DNA from: an uncultured archaeon
Lineage (GTDB): Archaea > Asgardarchaeota > Thorarchaeia > Thorarchaeales > CAZPUN01
Reading direction: 5' to 3'
DNA: 32,000 bases
NCBI GenBank assembly: GCA_964589775.1
Contig: CAZPUN010000050.1
Location: 4,102-36,101 of the forward strand
The translations under genes were made by a program, and so were the position numbers. The notes beneath the pieces were generated by a model. The model did no database searches, was not told the origin of the DNA, and saw only the letters and a program-made list of their open reading frames with translations. Below are positions 8,600-18,193 of this stretch, piece by piece. How positions within the stretch are numbered: position 1 is the stretch's first letter; each line of letters starts with the position of its first letter.

Positions 8600-10033
8600 A
8601 TGAAGATATATAATACATTGACGCGAAAGAAAGAAGAATTTAAGCCTCTTGACGATAATACTGTACGAATGTATGTCTGTGGTCCTACTGTCTATAATTA
8701 TATTCACATAGGAAATGCACGTTCGGCTGTGGCATTCGATACTATTCGCCGTTATCTTGAATTCAAAGGCTATAATGTGATATACGTTTCAAATTATACT
8801 GATGTAGATGACAAAATGATCAAGCGCGCAAATGAAATGGGTATTTCCGTCGCTGAAGTCGCAAAGAAGTTTATTGCTGAATATGAGCGAGATGCTGATC
8901 TTTTGAACTTGAAACGCCCTACATATATCCCACGAGCAACTGAAGTAATCCCTGAGATTATTGATATGATTCAGAGAATTGAAAAAGCCGGTTATGCCTA
9001 TGTGACCGAAGATGGCGTATATTTTGATGTGCGCAAGAAAAAAGATTATGGCAAACTTTCAAAAATTGATCGTGAGTCTTTAAAAGCAGGCGCTAGAGTT
9101 GAAAAGGACGAAAAGAAGAAAAATCCGGAAGATTTTGCTCTGTGGAAATTTAAAAAGCCCGGCGAACCCTATTGGGATAGCCCATGGGGTCAAGGACGCC
9201 CTGGCTGGCATGCGGAATGCTCCGTAATGTCCTATAAATATCTCGGACCTGTTTTTGATATTCATGGCGGCGGTCAGGACCTAATCTTTCCACATCACGA
9301 GAATGAAATTGCTCAGTCCGAAATCGCATATGGTGTCGACCAACACGTTCGATTCTGGCTCCATAATGGATTTGTAACTATGGACAAAGTGAAAATGTCA
9401 AAATCTCTCGGAAATATTGTACGTGCCCGTCAGGTGCTTACCGAATTTGATCCGGAGGCAGTTCGCCTATTCTTAAGTTCAACACACTACCGACAGCCAA
9501 TTGATTTCACTGAAGAACAAATTAGGCAATGGGAAACAAACCTAGACCGAATCTATGAAACAATTAAGGTTATTGATGAGCGTATCGAAGATCTACTCAA
9601 TTCCGAAACCCAGAGCGAAAACGAATCTGACAAAATCCTAATTACAGAATTGGAAAAGATGAAAAAAGAGTTCGTCGAAGCGATGGATGACGATTTTAAT
9701 TCGCCAAAAGCTTTTGCAGTTCTATTTCCAATGACAAAAACCGTACGAAAACACGCACCAAAAGCAAACTCCACATGGGTCCTACGAACCGTAAAATATG
9801 AACTAATGCGACATTTTGAAGTGTTCGGCCTTGGTTTCAGGCGTATTACAACATCTCGTAAGGTTTCTGAAACCGATAAAACAACTGAATTGATCGAGAA
9901 AATCCTCGAATTGCGTGAGCAAGCCCGTAAAAATAAAGATTATAAAAACGCAGATGCAATCCGTGACATGCTTAGAGAACTTGGTATTGTCGTATCTGAT
10001 ACCCCAGAAGGTCCAAAATGGGACTTTGCGTAG
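8600..10033 (+). CDS. cysS: Cysteinyl-tRNA synthetase
   Basis: CGPTVY, HIGN, GRPGWHAECS, HGGG.DL.FPHHENE, KMSKS and C-terminal AD.IRD.L motifs. Confidence 0.98.
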   Translation: MKIYNTLTRKKEEFKPLDDNTVRMYVCGPTVYNYIHIGNARSAVAFDTIRRYLEFKGYNVIYVSNYTDVDDKMIKRANEMGISVAEVAKKFIAEYERDADLLNLKRPTYIPRATEVIPEIIDMIQRIEKAGYAYVTEDGVYFDVRKKKDYGKLSKIDRESLKAGARVEKDEKKKNPEDFALWKFKKPGEPYWDSPWGQGRPGWHAECSVMSYKYLGPVFDIHGGGQDLIFPHHENEIAQSEIAYGVDQHVRFWLHNGFVTMDKVKMSKSLGNIVRARQVLTEFDPEAVRLFLSSTHYRQPIDFTEEQIRQWETNLDRIYETIKVIDERIEDLLNSETQSENESDKILITELEKMKKEFVEAMDDDFNSPKAFAVLFPMTKTVRKHAPKANSTWVLRTVKYELMRHFEVFGLGFRRITTSRKVSETDKTTELIEKILELREQARKNKDYKNADAIRDMLRELGIVVSDTPEGPKWDFA

Positions 10034-10247
10034 ATTCTTTTTACACATTTTTTATTTTTTTGCAATAAATATCCGTAATGGAGTATTAAACGTTTTATAT
10101 TGAAAATACTTATTTCCCTTTGCCCTGTGAAGTCTGTGCGTTCCTGTCCAAAGTCTCGTTCATTTGCTGCATCTGAATGTCGTCCAGTGTGTAACATAAA
10201 TCTCTCCAGAGCTCCAGGGGTTGAATATAGTATTGGGGGTGCTTATA

Positions 10248-11183
10248 ATGACTCAAACAAAAACTACCAAAAAGGGCATAGAACGATGCCCTGAATGTGG
10301 ATCGACCGAGATAATTATCGATCCTGAACGTGGAGACCGCGTCTGTGGAAATTGTGGGTTGGTTATTTCGGACCATTTCATAGATTCCGGACCCGAGTGG
10401 AGAGCTTTCGACCAAGGCGAGCGAGATAGACGTAGCAGGACTGGAGCTCCGATCAGTTTTTCAATACATGATAAAGGGCTTTCTACTGTTATTGATTGGC
10501 GAGATCAAGATGCTACTGGAAAGAAATTTAGTGCTAAGCGTCGTTCTGAAATCTATCGATTGAGAAAGTGGCAAATTCGTACTCGAGTTCATTCATCTGT
10601 GGATCGAAATCTTGCGCAAGCAATGTCTGAACTCGAAAGACTTGCAAGCCAGCTAAATCTTCCGAAATCTATTACTGAGCTTGCAGCTCTCTTGTATCGT
10701 AAGATGGTCGTACAGAAGCTAGCCCGAAGCCGTTCTATTGATGCAATGGTGGGAGCTGCAATTTATGCGGCGTGTAGAATGAGAAACTCTCCAAGATCAT
10801 TGGAAGAGATCGCTAAGGAATCTCGTGTAAGTAAGAAGAAAATTGGGCAGCATTATCGATTATTGGTGGATAGATTAAAGCTTAAGATGCCTATTTCGGA
10901 TCCTGCGAACTACATACCTCGTCTAATCTCGCAATTGAATCTACCCCCCAGAGTACAAAGACGCGCAATAGAAATTATTCGTAAAGCCAAAGAAAAGAGG
11001 ACTCTTGTAACCGGTAGAGATCCCCGTGGTCTTGCAGCTGCTGCAATTTATGTTGCTTCAATTCTTGAGGACGCTAAGGTTACTCAAAGAGAGATAGCTG
11101 TTGCTGGTGGAGTTACAGAAGTCACTGTTCGAAATAGATACAAGGAACTTGTACGAAAACTAAAAATCACACTTGAATTCTAA
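10248..11183 (+). CDS. tfb: Transcription initiation factor IIB (TFB)
   Basis: Zn ribbon CPECG...CGNCG, GPEWRAF, HDKGL and two cyclin repeats ending VTEVTVRNRYKEL. ATG 10248 follows GGGGGTG. Confidence 0.97.
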   Translation: MTQTKTTKKGIERCPECGSTEIIIDPERGDRVCGNCGLVISDHFIDSGPEWRAFDQGERDRRSRTGAPISFSIHDKGLSTVIDWRDQDATGKKFSAKRRSEIYRLRKWQIRTRVHSSVDRNLAQAMSELERLASQLNLPKSITELAALLYRKMVVQKLARSRSIDAMVGAAIYAACRMRNSPRSLEEIAKESRVSKKKIGQHYRLLVDRLKLKMPISDPANYIPRLISQLNLPPRVQRRAIEIIRKAKEKRTLVTGRDPRGLAAAAIYVASILEDAKVTQREIAVAGGVTEVTVRNRYKELVRKLKITLEF

Positions 11184-11189
11184 GCGGGT

Positions 11190-11783
11190 TCAAGTGTCCT
11201 CTTCCTGTTTTTCTAAGACCTCAAAGAATTTTTCGGTCAGGAATGCTCTATATCTAAATCCGCCCCAGTTGTATGACTGCATGTTTTTTGGAACTTTATA
11301 TCGTAATTCTTCTTCAGTTATGAATTTTGCAGTAAATACTTCCTTTGTGTCTATTGGATGCGGATGTCCTCCGTTTGCTTCAGCTAAAAATACTAAGCTT
11401 GTCCAGGGTATTATTTCACCATTAGGGCCTTCGAATTTTGCTTTGACCACTAAAACAAGCTTTTTTATCTTAACGTGCAGACCAGTCTCTTCAAATGCTT
11501 CTCGCTCGGCTGCTTGAATGGGATTTTCGCCTTTTTCTATCCCTCCTGATGGTGCTCTATAAATTTGAGTCCCGGCATATCGGTGTTTTTGGATCACTGC
11601 ATAAAAATCGCCCGATTTTATGAAAATAGTAACATCTCCGAATCTTCCCTTGGACGTGACTTGCTTAATCAGATCTATCTCCCATCGTTGCATTTTTGTA
11701 TAGAATTCAAATACAGGTGGATTGTTGTATTGTTTTAAAATTTCATCGAGGTCTTCATTTAACATATCTTCATCCCGATTCAT
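11190..11783 (-). CDS. Nudix hydrolase
   Basis: Nudix box GGIEKGENPIQAAEREAFEETG. Confidence 0.92.
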   Translation of the reverse strand: MNRDEDMLNEDLDEILKQYNNPPVFEFYTKMQRWEIDLIKQVTSKGRFGDVTIFIKSGDFYAVIQKHRYAGTQIYRAPSGGIEKGENPIQAAEREAFEETGLHVKIKKLVLVVKAKFEGPNGEIIPWTSLVFLAEANGGHPHPIDTKEVFTAKFITEEELRYKVPKNMQSYNWGGFRYRAFLTEKFFEVLEKQEEDT

Positions 11784-11948
11784 GACATAATTTTTTGTAT
11801 TATACGAAATTTCGAATTAATATTTTTTCGTTACTCATTTAATAGCATAAAAATTTCTTGGTCTTAACCTTTAGTTGTAGCAACTCAAAATGCATTAACT
11901 AAACTAATTTGAAATTCTTCTGTTGAATAAATAAAAAATAAGGAAGAA

Positions 11949-13928
11949 TTATCCCAAAAACAATGGGAGTATTGCCGTTAATATTGCGCCAACAAATACA
12001 GCTAATAGAATTGTAATAATTGTCATCGCAAGACTTATTTTCCAGCCGAATTCCTTTATCAGAGCTGCAATTGTTGCAATGCACGGTATATAGATCATGG
12101 TTACCGCTGTAAAAACGATCATCTGGACTGGTGTCATTACGAGAGCTAAGTTTGTAGTACCGAATGCTTCCGCAATTAAGATCAATGTCATTTCCTTTCT
12201 TAGGATTCCGAGAATTAGTGGAACTGTAGCTTGTTCTGGAAGATGTAAAATCCCGACAATTAATGGATTAAAGATCATCGAAAATACTTCGATATAATTT
12301 GTCACGTATAAGAATTCAAGAAATACACTTCCAAGTCCTATGACGGGCAATGCAATCATCAGGAATTCTTTGATATTAACCCATGCCTTTATGACGACGT
12401 TTTTTATACTTGGTAATTTATATGGCGGTATTTCCATGATAAGTCCAGTTCCTTCACCCGGTAGCCAGCGGTATAAGATTTTACCCAGCACGATTATTAA
12501 AATGATATCGAGCAGATAGAGTCCTAATGCTGGAAGAATACCAATGAATTTTGCAACGATTCCTAATATTACAACCGTTGTAGCGCTGCAAGGCACCATA
12601 ACTGATAGCATAGCTGCAATTAATCGTTCTCGTCTTGTCTCCATAATTCGGGTTCCTGCAATTGCGGGTACATTGCAGCCGAAGCTTATTATCATTGGGA
12701 TAAATGCCTTACCATGAAGTCCTATCTTATGCATAAAGCTATCTATGACGAATGCAGCCCTCGGCAGATATCCGGAATCTTCAAGAAAGGAAATTATCAA
12801 ATAAAAAGTCAGAATATACGGTATCGCTACTGCAATGCCTGAAGCAATACCTCCAATTAATCCATCTACAATGAGGGCACTACCGAAATGTCCCAAGATA
12901 TCTGATAGAACCCCTCTCGTGTATTCCATGAACATATCCATGTATGTTGTCAGAAGATCTTCTAAAAACGCCCCAAAAGTGAAAACTCCATAAAATATCG
13001 CGACCATTACCATTATGAGCGTTATGAGTCCGAGTTTGGGGCCTCCTGTAACTTCCTCCAAGATCTCTGATTTGCTTTTCTTTGGTCTTCGCTCAAAATG
13101 TTCAACCTCAGTCGCAATCCTATTCGCTTTCGAATATCTTTCCGAGCTTAACACCATCCATGAGGGCTCACCATGTATTTCTTCGAGGTTCTTTGCAATT
13201 TTCTCTGCAAACGTAACAATATCTGAACCGTTCTCTTCTTCTGAGACTCTTTGTGTTATTTGTTCATCTTGTTCGAGAAGCTTTATCGCAACCCATCGTT
13301 CCGGATAATATTTGGTAATTTTTAATTTGTATTCTCTGAGTTTTTCTAAGATTAAATTAATTGCCTCTTCGACTTCCTTTCCGTATTCAATTTTTGCAGG
13401 CTTGAATTCCTTCTTCTTTTCCTTTACGTCGATAATAAAATTCAGGATATTATCGATACCTGTTCCACGAATTGCAACCGTCGGGAAAACTGGCACTCCA
13501 AGTAAATCTGATAACTTTTCAACATTAATTTTTATTCCTTTTTTTTCCGCAAAGTCAATTTGATTCAACGCAATAATTAAAGGGGCTTCCATCTCCATCA
13601 GCTGAAACGTAAAGAATAAGTTTCGTTCTAAAGCAGATGCATCTATTACATTGATCACAAAGTCTGCATTACGCGAGGATATATAGTCACGAGTTACTAT
13701 TTCCTCCATGGAATATACTGAAAGTGAATATATTCCCGGAAGATCTATCACCCGTATTTTATATCCTTTATAAAAAAGAGTTCCTTCAGCCCGTTCGACA
13801 GTCTTTCCAGGCCAGTTCCCTACACTTTGATTAAGTCCAGTTAATGCATTGAAAATTACACTCTTTCCAACGTTAGCATTACCCGCAAGGGCAATTTCTA
13901 TGGTTTTCTCTTCCTCTTGAGCGTCCAT
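11949..13928 (-). CDS. feoB: Ferrous iron transporter FeoB
   Basis: GNANVGKS, VGNWPGKTVE, DLPG, LEDSGYLPRAAF, FGCNVPA, PC and YIPC gate motifs; many TM segments. Confidence 0.97.
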   Translation of the reverse strand: MDAQEEEKTIEIALAGNANVGKSVIFNALTGLNQSVGNWPGKTVERAEGTLFYKGYKIRVIDLPGIYSLSVYSMEEIVTRDYISSRNADFVINVIDASALERNLFFTFQLMEMEAPLIIALNQIDFAEKKGIKINVEKLSDLLGVPVFPTVAIRGTGIDNILNFIIDVKEKKKEFKPAKIEYGKEVEEAINLILEKLREYKLKITKYYPERWVAIKLLEQDEQITQRVSEEENGSDIVTFAEKIAKNLEEIHGEPSWMVLSSERYSKANRIATEVEHFERRPKKSKSEILEEVTGGPKLGLITLIMVMVAIFYGVFTFGAFLEDLLTTYMDMFMEYTRGVLSDILGHFGSALIVDGLIGGIASGIAVAIPYILTFYLIISFLEDSGYLPRAAFVIDSFMHKIGLHGKAFIPMIISFGCNVPAIAGTRIMETRRERLIAAMLSVMVPCSATTVVILGIVAKFIGILPALGLYLLDIILIIVLGKILYRWLPGEGTGLIMEIPPYKLPSIKNVVIKAWVNIKEFLMIALPVIGLGSVFLEFLYVTNYIEVFSMIFNPLIVGILHLPEQATVPLILGILRKEMTLILIAEAFGTTNLALVMTPVQMIVFTAVTMIYIPCIATIAALIKEFGWKISLAMTIITILLAVFVGAILTAILPLFLG

Positions 13929-13934
13929 GTCTGC

Positions 13935-14210
13935 TCATCCCGGAATCACTAATATTCTAGATGCAATTCCTCGACCTATTGCTAAATTTGTGCCACGAAC
14001 TGAAATTTCAATGGGGCCTCCGAATGCGGCAGATCTAATCACTGTAATTCTAGTACCTGGGACTAATCCAAGATCAATAAGCCTCTGGACTTTACCACGA
14101 CCTCCCAATATTTGAAAGACGACTCCCGATTGTCCTGGCGATAATGCGGTCAATGCTACGGCTCCCGAACCGAAACTGCCGCCAATTGGTCCTTTCATTG
14201 GTCTATTCAA
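13935..14210 (-). CDS. feoA: Ferrous iron transport protein FeoA
   Basis: RLIDLGLVPG...AAFGGPIEISVRGTNLAIGRGIA; immediately upstream of feoB. Confidence 0.93.
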   Translation of the reverse strand: MNRPMKGPIGGSFGSGAVALTALSPGQSGVVFQILGGRGKVQRLIDLGLVPGTRITVIRSAAFGGPIEISVRGTNLAIGRGIASRILVIPG

Positions 14211-14294
14211 CTTTTTTCCCTTCGTAAGTGTTGATTTAGGTTTTCTATTATTTTTTAAATTTATAATAATTTCTTATTATACATAAGAACAAAC

Positions 14295-14316
14295 AAATTT
14301 AGGCATGATTAAATTT
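14295..14316. promoter_or_regulatory. DtxR/IdeR-type metal-repressor operator upstream of feoAB
   Basis: AAATTTAGGCATGATTAAATTT matches its own reverse complement at 18/22 positions and has a TTAGG half-site. It lies just downstream (minus strand) of a TATTTAAATA box at 14328-14337. Confidence 0.65.
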
Positions 14317-14726
14317 ATTTATTACCTTATTTAAATATTTCTTTATGAGCCACGTTTTCTAAAATATTTATGCACCATAGTGTATTAGCCGTTTGGAATG
14401 ATTTACAAATGATCTGCGAGAAAGTATCGCTTTAGAAAACGGTGGGTAATCGCTTAGGTATTCATAATATGTAGGCTCGAAGCACTAAATCAAGTAATTT
14501 TGAGGACGGATGGCGACTTGCGTTTATTGCATCTAGGGCATTCTTGAGAAAATCGGAATGATAAAGTTCTTGAGGGACATGGTAAATATAAACGTAAAAT
14601 GACTATTGCGAGTCTATATGCAGTCATCTCACATCTCAATGCGAGGTAGATGTCTGATGAACGAATACAAAAAATTGGAAATTTCAAATGATTCAAGTCA
14701 CAAAAAGTAGAGGATGTAGAATAAGA

Positions 14727-16091
14727 CTACCTCTTTAATCGTTTTTTAGCTGCATCAGCGGCAAGGCAAATCGGGTCCCATGTATCTGCGACTGCAGGAG
14801 CGTAACAATTTTCAAGATCGAACATTTGATTTACGTCTGCACCCATTTGTATTCCCAGTGCGAAAACATTAATTCGCTGTGCGGCATCGTCTTCGCCTAA
14901 TGTTTGTGCTCCTACGAGTTTTGCGTCATCCTTTTTAAAGAACGCCTTAATTTTGAGTGGTTTTGCTTCTATATAATACGGTGGTTTAGAAAGTCCTTTT
15001 AGGCTGCCCTTTACGATATTGATATTGTTTTTCTTTGCATCTTCCGTTGTTAGTCCTACGCTTGCGATTTCAACGCCAAAGAGTTTAGTGACTTTAGTCC
15101 CAATTATTCCCATAAATGATGCATTTCCGCCTACTGCATTTATTCCTGCAACGCGTCCTTCTCGTACAGCTATTGTACCTAATCCGAGATTCATTGGCTT
15201 TTTAGTTATGAAGGAAATATTTTCTGCGCAGTCGCCGGCTGCATAAATATTTGGGTCGCTTGTTCGCATGAATTTATCTGTCTTAATAGCACCAGTAATA
15301 CCAATTTCAATTCCTGCGGATTTTGCAAGCTCGACATTTGGTTTTGTTCCAGTTGCTACGATAACGACATCAGCATCTATTTTGAATTCTTCACCACTCT
15401 CACGATTTTTCACGAGGACCGCTTTTGCTGTGTTGTTTTCGCTAATTATCTCTATGGCTTGATGATTTACAAGAACTTTAACTCCATGTTCCTGAGCGAG
15501 TTCTCTAACCTGTTTTGATAAGTCGCTATCGAGCATTGCAAGTAGGATTCCGGGTAAGAATTCTACAACGGTTACATCAATGTTCTTCTCGTTAAGAGCT
15601 TCAGCAACTTCCATACCGATTAGTCCGCCACCAATTATCACTGCTTTTTTAATGCTTTTCGAATATTCTTTTAGTTTTTTAGCATCTTCAAGGGTTCTTA
15701 ATCCCATTACTCTATCTGTATCTAGGCCCTTAATTGGCGGGTATGAATTTCTTCCTCCAGTGGCAATTACTAAAGAGTCATACTCTAATTCATATTCGCT
15801 TCCGTCTTTTTTCGCTACTTTTATTTTCTTTGAGTTTCTATCGATCTCTTTTACTATTTGCTCCAGTCTAAGGTCTATCTTTTGTAAATCCCATGCGTCT
15901 TTTTTCATTAGAATTAAATCATCAAAATCTCTAACCTTTTCAGAAATTGTATATGGAAGTCCGCAACGGGAATATTCTGGATATGGTTCATCTCCAATTA
16001 CTATCACTTCAGCTTTGCGGTCCGTTTTTCGTGCCCACAATGCAGCGGTTGCGCCGGCAGCTCCACAGCCAATTACTATCACCCTTGTCAT
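14727..16091 (-). CDS. FAD-dependent pyridine nucleotide-disulfide oxidoreductase (NADH oxidase / CoA-disulfide reductase family)
   Basis: GCGAAG FAD motif, single-Cys YSRCGLPY, ATG, GGGLIGME NADH motif, IYAAGDC, C-terminal YAP. Confidence 0.93.
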   Translation of the reverse strand: MTRVIVIGCGAAGATAALWARKTDRKAEVIVIGDEPYPEYSRCGLPYTISEKVRDFDDLILMKKDAWDLQKIDLRLEQIVKEIDRNSKKIKVAKKDGSEYELEYDSLVIATGGRNSYPPIKGLDTDRVMGLRTLEDAKKLKEYSKSIKKAVIIGGGLIGMEVAEALNEKNIDVTVVEFLPGILLAMLDSDLSKQVRELAQEHGVKVLVNHQAIEIISENNTAKAVLVKNRESGEEFKIDADVVIVATGTKPNVELAKSAGIEIGITGAIKTDKFMRTSDPNIYAAGDCAENISFITKKPMNLGLGTIAVREGRVAGINAVGGNASFMGIIGTKVTKLFGVEIASVGLTTEDAKKNNINIVKGSLKGLSKPPYYIEAKPLKIKAFFKKDDAKLVGAQTLGEDDAAQRINVFALGIQMGADVNQMFDLENCYAPAVADTWDPICLAADAAKKRLKR

Positions 16092-16294
16092 AAACGTACC
16101 ACCTTCTTGTGTTATTGCATTATCATCTTAAACAGTTTTTAACTCTATTGGCTGGGGACCTTTTAATAGAATTGAAAATAACTAATACAGTTTGCGTCTT
16201 TGAAAAATAACTCATTATGAAGCACAAATTTTAATGAAATATTGTGCCGTCAAAGTTAAAAAGTGTAAAATCCCAATAATAATCGTGATTTGAA

Positions 16295-16414
16295 ATGGGA
16301 AAGAAGAAAAAACTTAGTGATCGCGATAAGGAAGAGATTGCAGAAGGCCTTTGTAGCGTTTGTGTAATCCCGATTCTTATTGTCATTGGGATAACAATTC
16401 TCAGCCTATTATGA
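16295..16414 (+). CDS. 39-aa small membrane protein (not in ORF track)
   Basis: MGKKKKLSDRDKEEIAEGLCSVCVIPILIVIGITILSLL*; GTGAT RBS-like sequence just upstream; fills an otherwise empty gap. Confidence 0.6.
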   Translation: MGKKKKLSDRDKEEIAEGLCSVCVIPILIVIGITILSLL

Positions 16415-16461
16415 AGACGCGTACAAAATTAAGATCAAATTATATTAAATTATCAAAACGA

Positions 16462-16743
16462 TTACCACGCATTCTCACTTGATTTGCCGTTCCAGATTTT
16501 TCTATTTTCCTTTGTTTGCGTTCGAATTAATAGGAATCTTCCCTTTGTTTTCGTTGGTATGATGAAATACTCTTCTATTTCTCCTGAGTCTTTTATTAAA
16601 ACAATTTTTTCTTTATTCTCAGTTGGCTTTCCTGTTTCTGGGTTCAAATAGTTATATTTTACATACCTTCCCCGTTCCAATAAATTTCGAACTTCAGTTT
16701 TTCCTTTCTTTGAGATGGTCAGTACTTCTTCCGGATAATTCAT
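16462..16743 (-). CDS. Hypothetical protein (small, basic, beta-rich)
   Basis: 93-aa ORF with GGTGA RBS upstream of the ATG; no recognised motif. Confidence 0.75.
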   Translation of the reverse strand: MNYPEEVLTISKKGKTEVRNLLERGRYVKYNYLNPETGKPTENKEKIVLIKDSGEIEEYFIIPTKTKGRFLLIRTQTKENRKIWNGKSSENAW

Positions 16744-16853
16744 TCATATCACCGTTCAATTTATACAATTGTCCAGTTTAATCTGAAACTTTTATTAATT
16801 TAAACTGTAATATTTCAATGATTGTCTATCTACATTGGGATCAAAAATAGGGT

Positions 16854-17405
16854 ATGGTGATTAAGATACCTATAACTCCATTTCACATGACCTTTGCATG
16901 GGCTTTCCATAGATTGACAGGTAAACGCACTGTGCAACCCGCATTACTTATTGGATCTATGGTACCCGACATTGAAATTCCTTTTCTGGTATTTGTTGGA
17001 TACACGTATCCTCATACGCGACTTGTACTGCATAGCTTTTTGGGTGGTGCAATACTTGGAACATTAATTGCCATAGGTCTATTGTATATTGTATTTCCTT
17101 TTGTTGCAGCATTTTTTACCGGAAGAGCCCCTTCAGAAATCAAAAACATGTACAATTTCAAAAATGTCGTCATTTCGTCATTGATCGGCGTTGTATTTCT
17201 TCACGTCTTTATAGATGCGCTCCATCATCCATACAATCCACTATTTTGGCCTTTTACACCTGAGAATATCACACTATTCGTAATTGGCAACTATGCACTC
17301 ACAACTGTTTATATTCACATTATATCGGGAATACCTCTCGTCATTATAATTTTGTACTTGATTATAAAACGAGACTCTGAACTATGGGCAAAATGGTTAT
17401 TATAA
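16854..17405 (+). CDS. Membrane-bound metal-dependent hydrolase-like protein (DUF4184/YdjM-like)
   Basis: P.TPFH, GSMVPD, LHS, HVFIDALHH and PLFWPF motifs with several TM segments. Confidence 0.75.
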   Translation: MVIKIPITPFHMTFAWAFHRLTGKRTVQPALLIGSMVPDIEIPFLVFVGYTYPHTRLVLHSFLGGAILGTLIAIGLLYIVFPFVAAFFTGRAPSEIKNMYNFKNVVISSLIGVVFLHVFIDALHHPYNPLFWPFTPENITLFVIGNYALTTVYIHIISGIPLVIIILYLIIKRDSELWAKWLL

Positions 17406-17425
17406 AAAATGAGGTTGAAGAAGCC

Positions 17426-18190
17426 TCATCTTAAAAATAGTGTGATTCTTCCCATTTTACAATATGCCATAATGTCTAATTTGTATGTTGCTGATGAGTA
17501 GTCCAAACTTTGACCGATCTTTGTTGTTGCAGTATTTACAGAATATGAATATCCCGTACTATTTAGCTCTATTTCTCCTGTATCAACAAGAGCTGTTATT
17601 TTTGTTCCTACGGATGATGGCTTTAATGCAGTCACATATATTACACCTGAATCTACAATGAGATTAGTTGTAACATTGTTTGTAAACCTTGTTATGTTGT
17701 CCAAGTAGTATACAATAGTACCCGCAGAAATATGAGTGTTAATGTTTCCAATTTTTGCATTATTACTATAATTGATTGTGAAAGTACCTGCCGAGATATT
17801 TGCATTTATGTTGTACTTGATATTATTTGAAAGATAAATCATAATTTCTGCACAATTATAGTTTATGTTAATTACATCATTTGTGTAATTTACAATTGGA
17901 TCGCCATATTGTTCGTATTTCGTCCTATCGATTGTAAAATTAATTATCGCAAGATTTTCGAGTCCATTTGTGAAAAATACTTGAACAGTTGCACTTTCAA
18001 TGTTGATATTCATTGTAGTCTCATTAACATTGTTATTCGGAATAGTTCTTGAAATGTTAATTTGCCCAATAGAATTGAAAATAAATATGTTGCCTGTCAT
18101 ATTCGTTGGCAATAACCCAGATGTTACGATGAACGCAACAATTACCATAATTGCAAGCTTCTTCTCTTTAGGTGTAATCTCGTAAGTCAT
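17426..18190 (-). CDS. Membrane-anchored protein with DUF4097/LiaF-like beta-repeat domain
   Basis: N-terminal TM segment, then repeated 'ISAGT/VDSGV/VDTGEI/KMGRI' beta turns and many NxS/T sequons. Confidence 0.6.
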   Translation of the reverse strand: MTYEITPKEKKLAIMVIVAFIVTSGLLPTNMTGNIFIFNSIGQINISRTIPNNNVNETTMNINIESATVQVFFTNGLENLAIINFTIDRTKYEQYGDPIVNYTNDVININYNCAEIMIYLSNNIKYNINANISAGTFTINYSNNAKIGNINTHISAGTIVYYLDNITRFTNNVTTNLIVDSGVIYVTALKPSSVGTKITALVDTGEIELNSTGYSYSVNTATTKIGQSLDYSSATYKLDIMAYCKMGRITLFLR

Positions 18191-18193
18191 TTA

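Noticed and set aside
10116-10177. Box C/D sRNA upstream of tfb
   Set aside because: A CTGA is present, but there is no good RUGAUGA C box or C'/D' pair.
9915-10415. Short overlapping ORFs between cysS and tfb
   Set aside because: They overlap real genes and terminator/promoter sequence and show no motifs.
14654-14685. Hammerhead ribozyme (CTGATGA...GAAA)
   Set aside because: The intervening stem II and flanking stems do not pair convincingly.
15580-16131. 183-aa + strand ORF and other antisense ORFs (e.g. 6042-6398, 11173-11517, 13015-13308, 31807-31992)
   Set aside because: Shadow frames of well-supported genes on the opposite strand, with Ser/Phe/Ile-biased composition.
16171-16212. Direct repeat TGAAAA(A)TAACT
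   Set aside because: Short and AT-rich, plausible by chance; not a CRISPR repeat despite the ATTGAAA.
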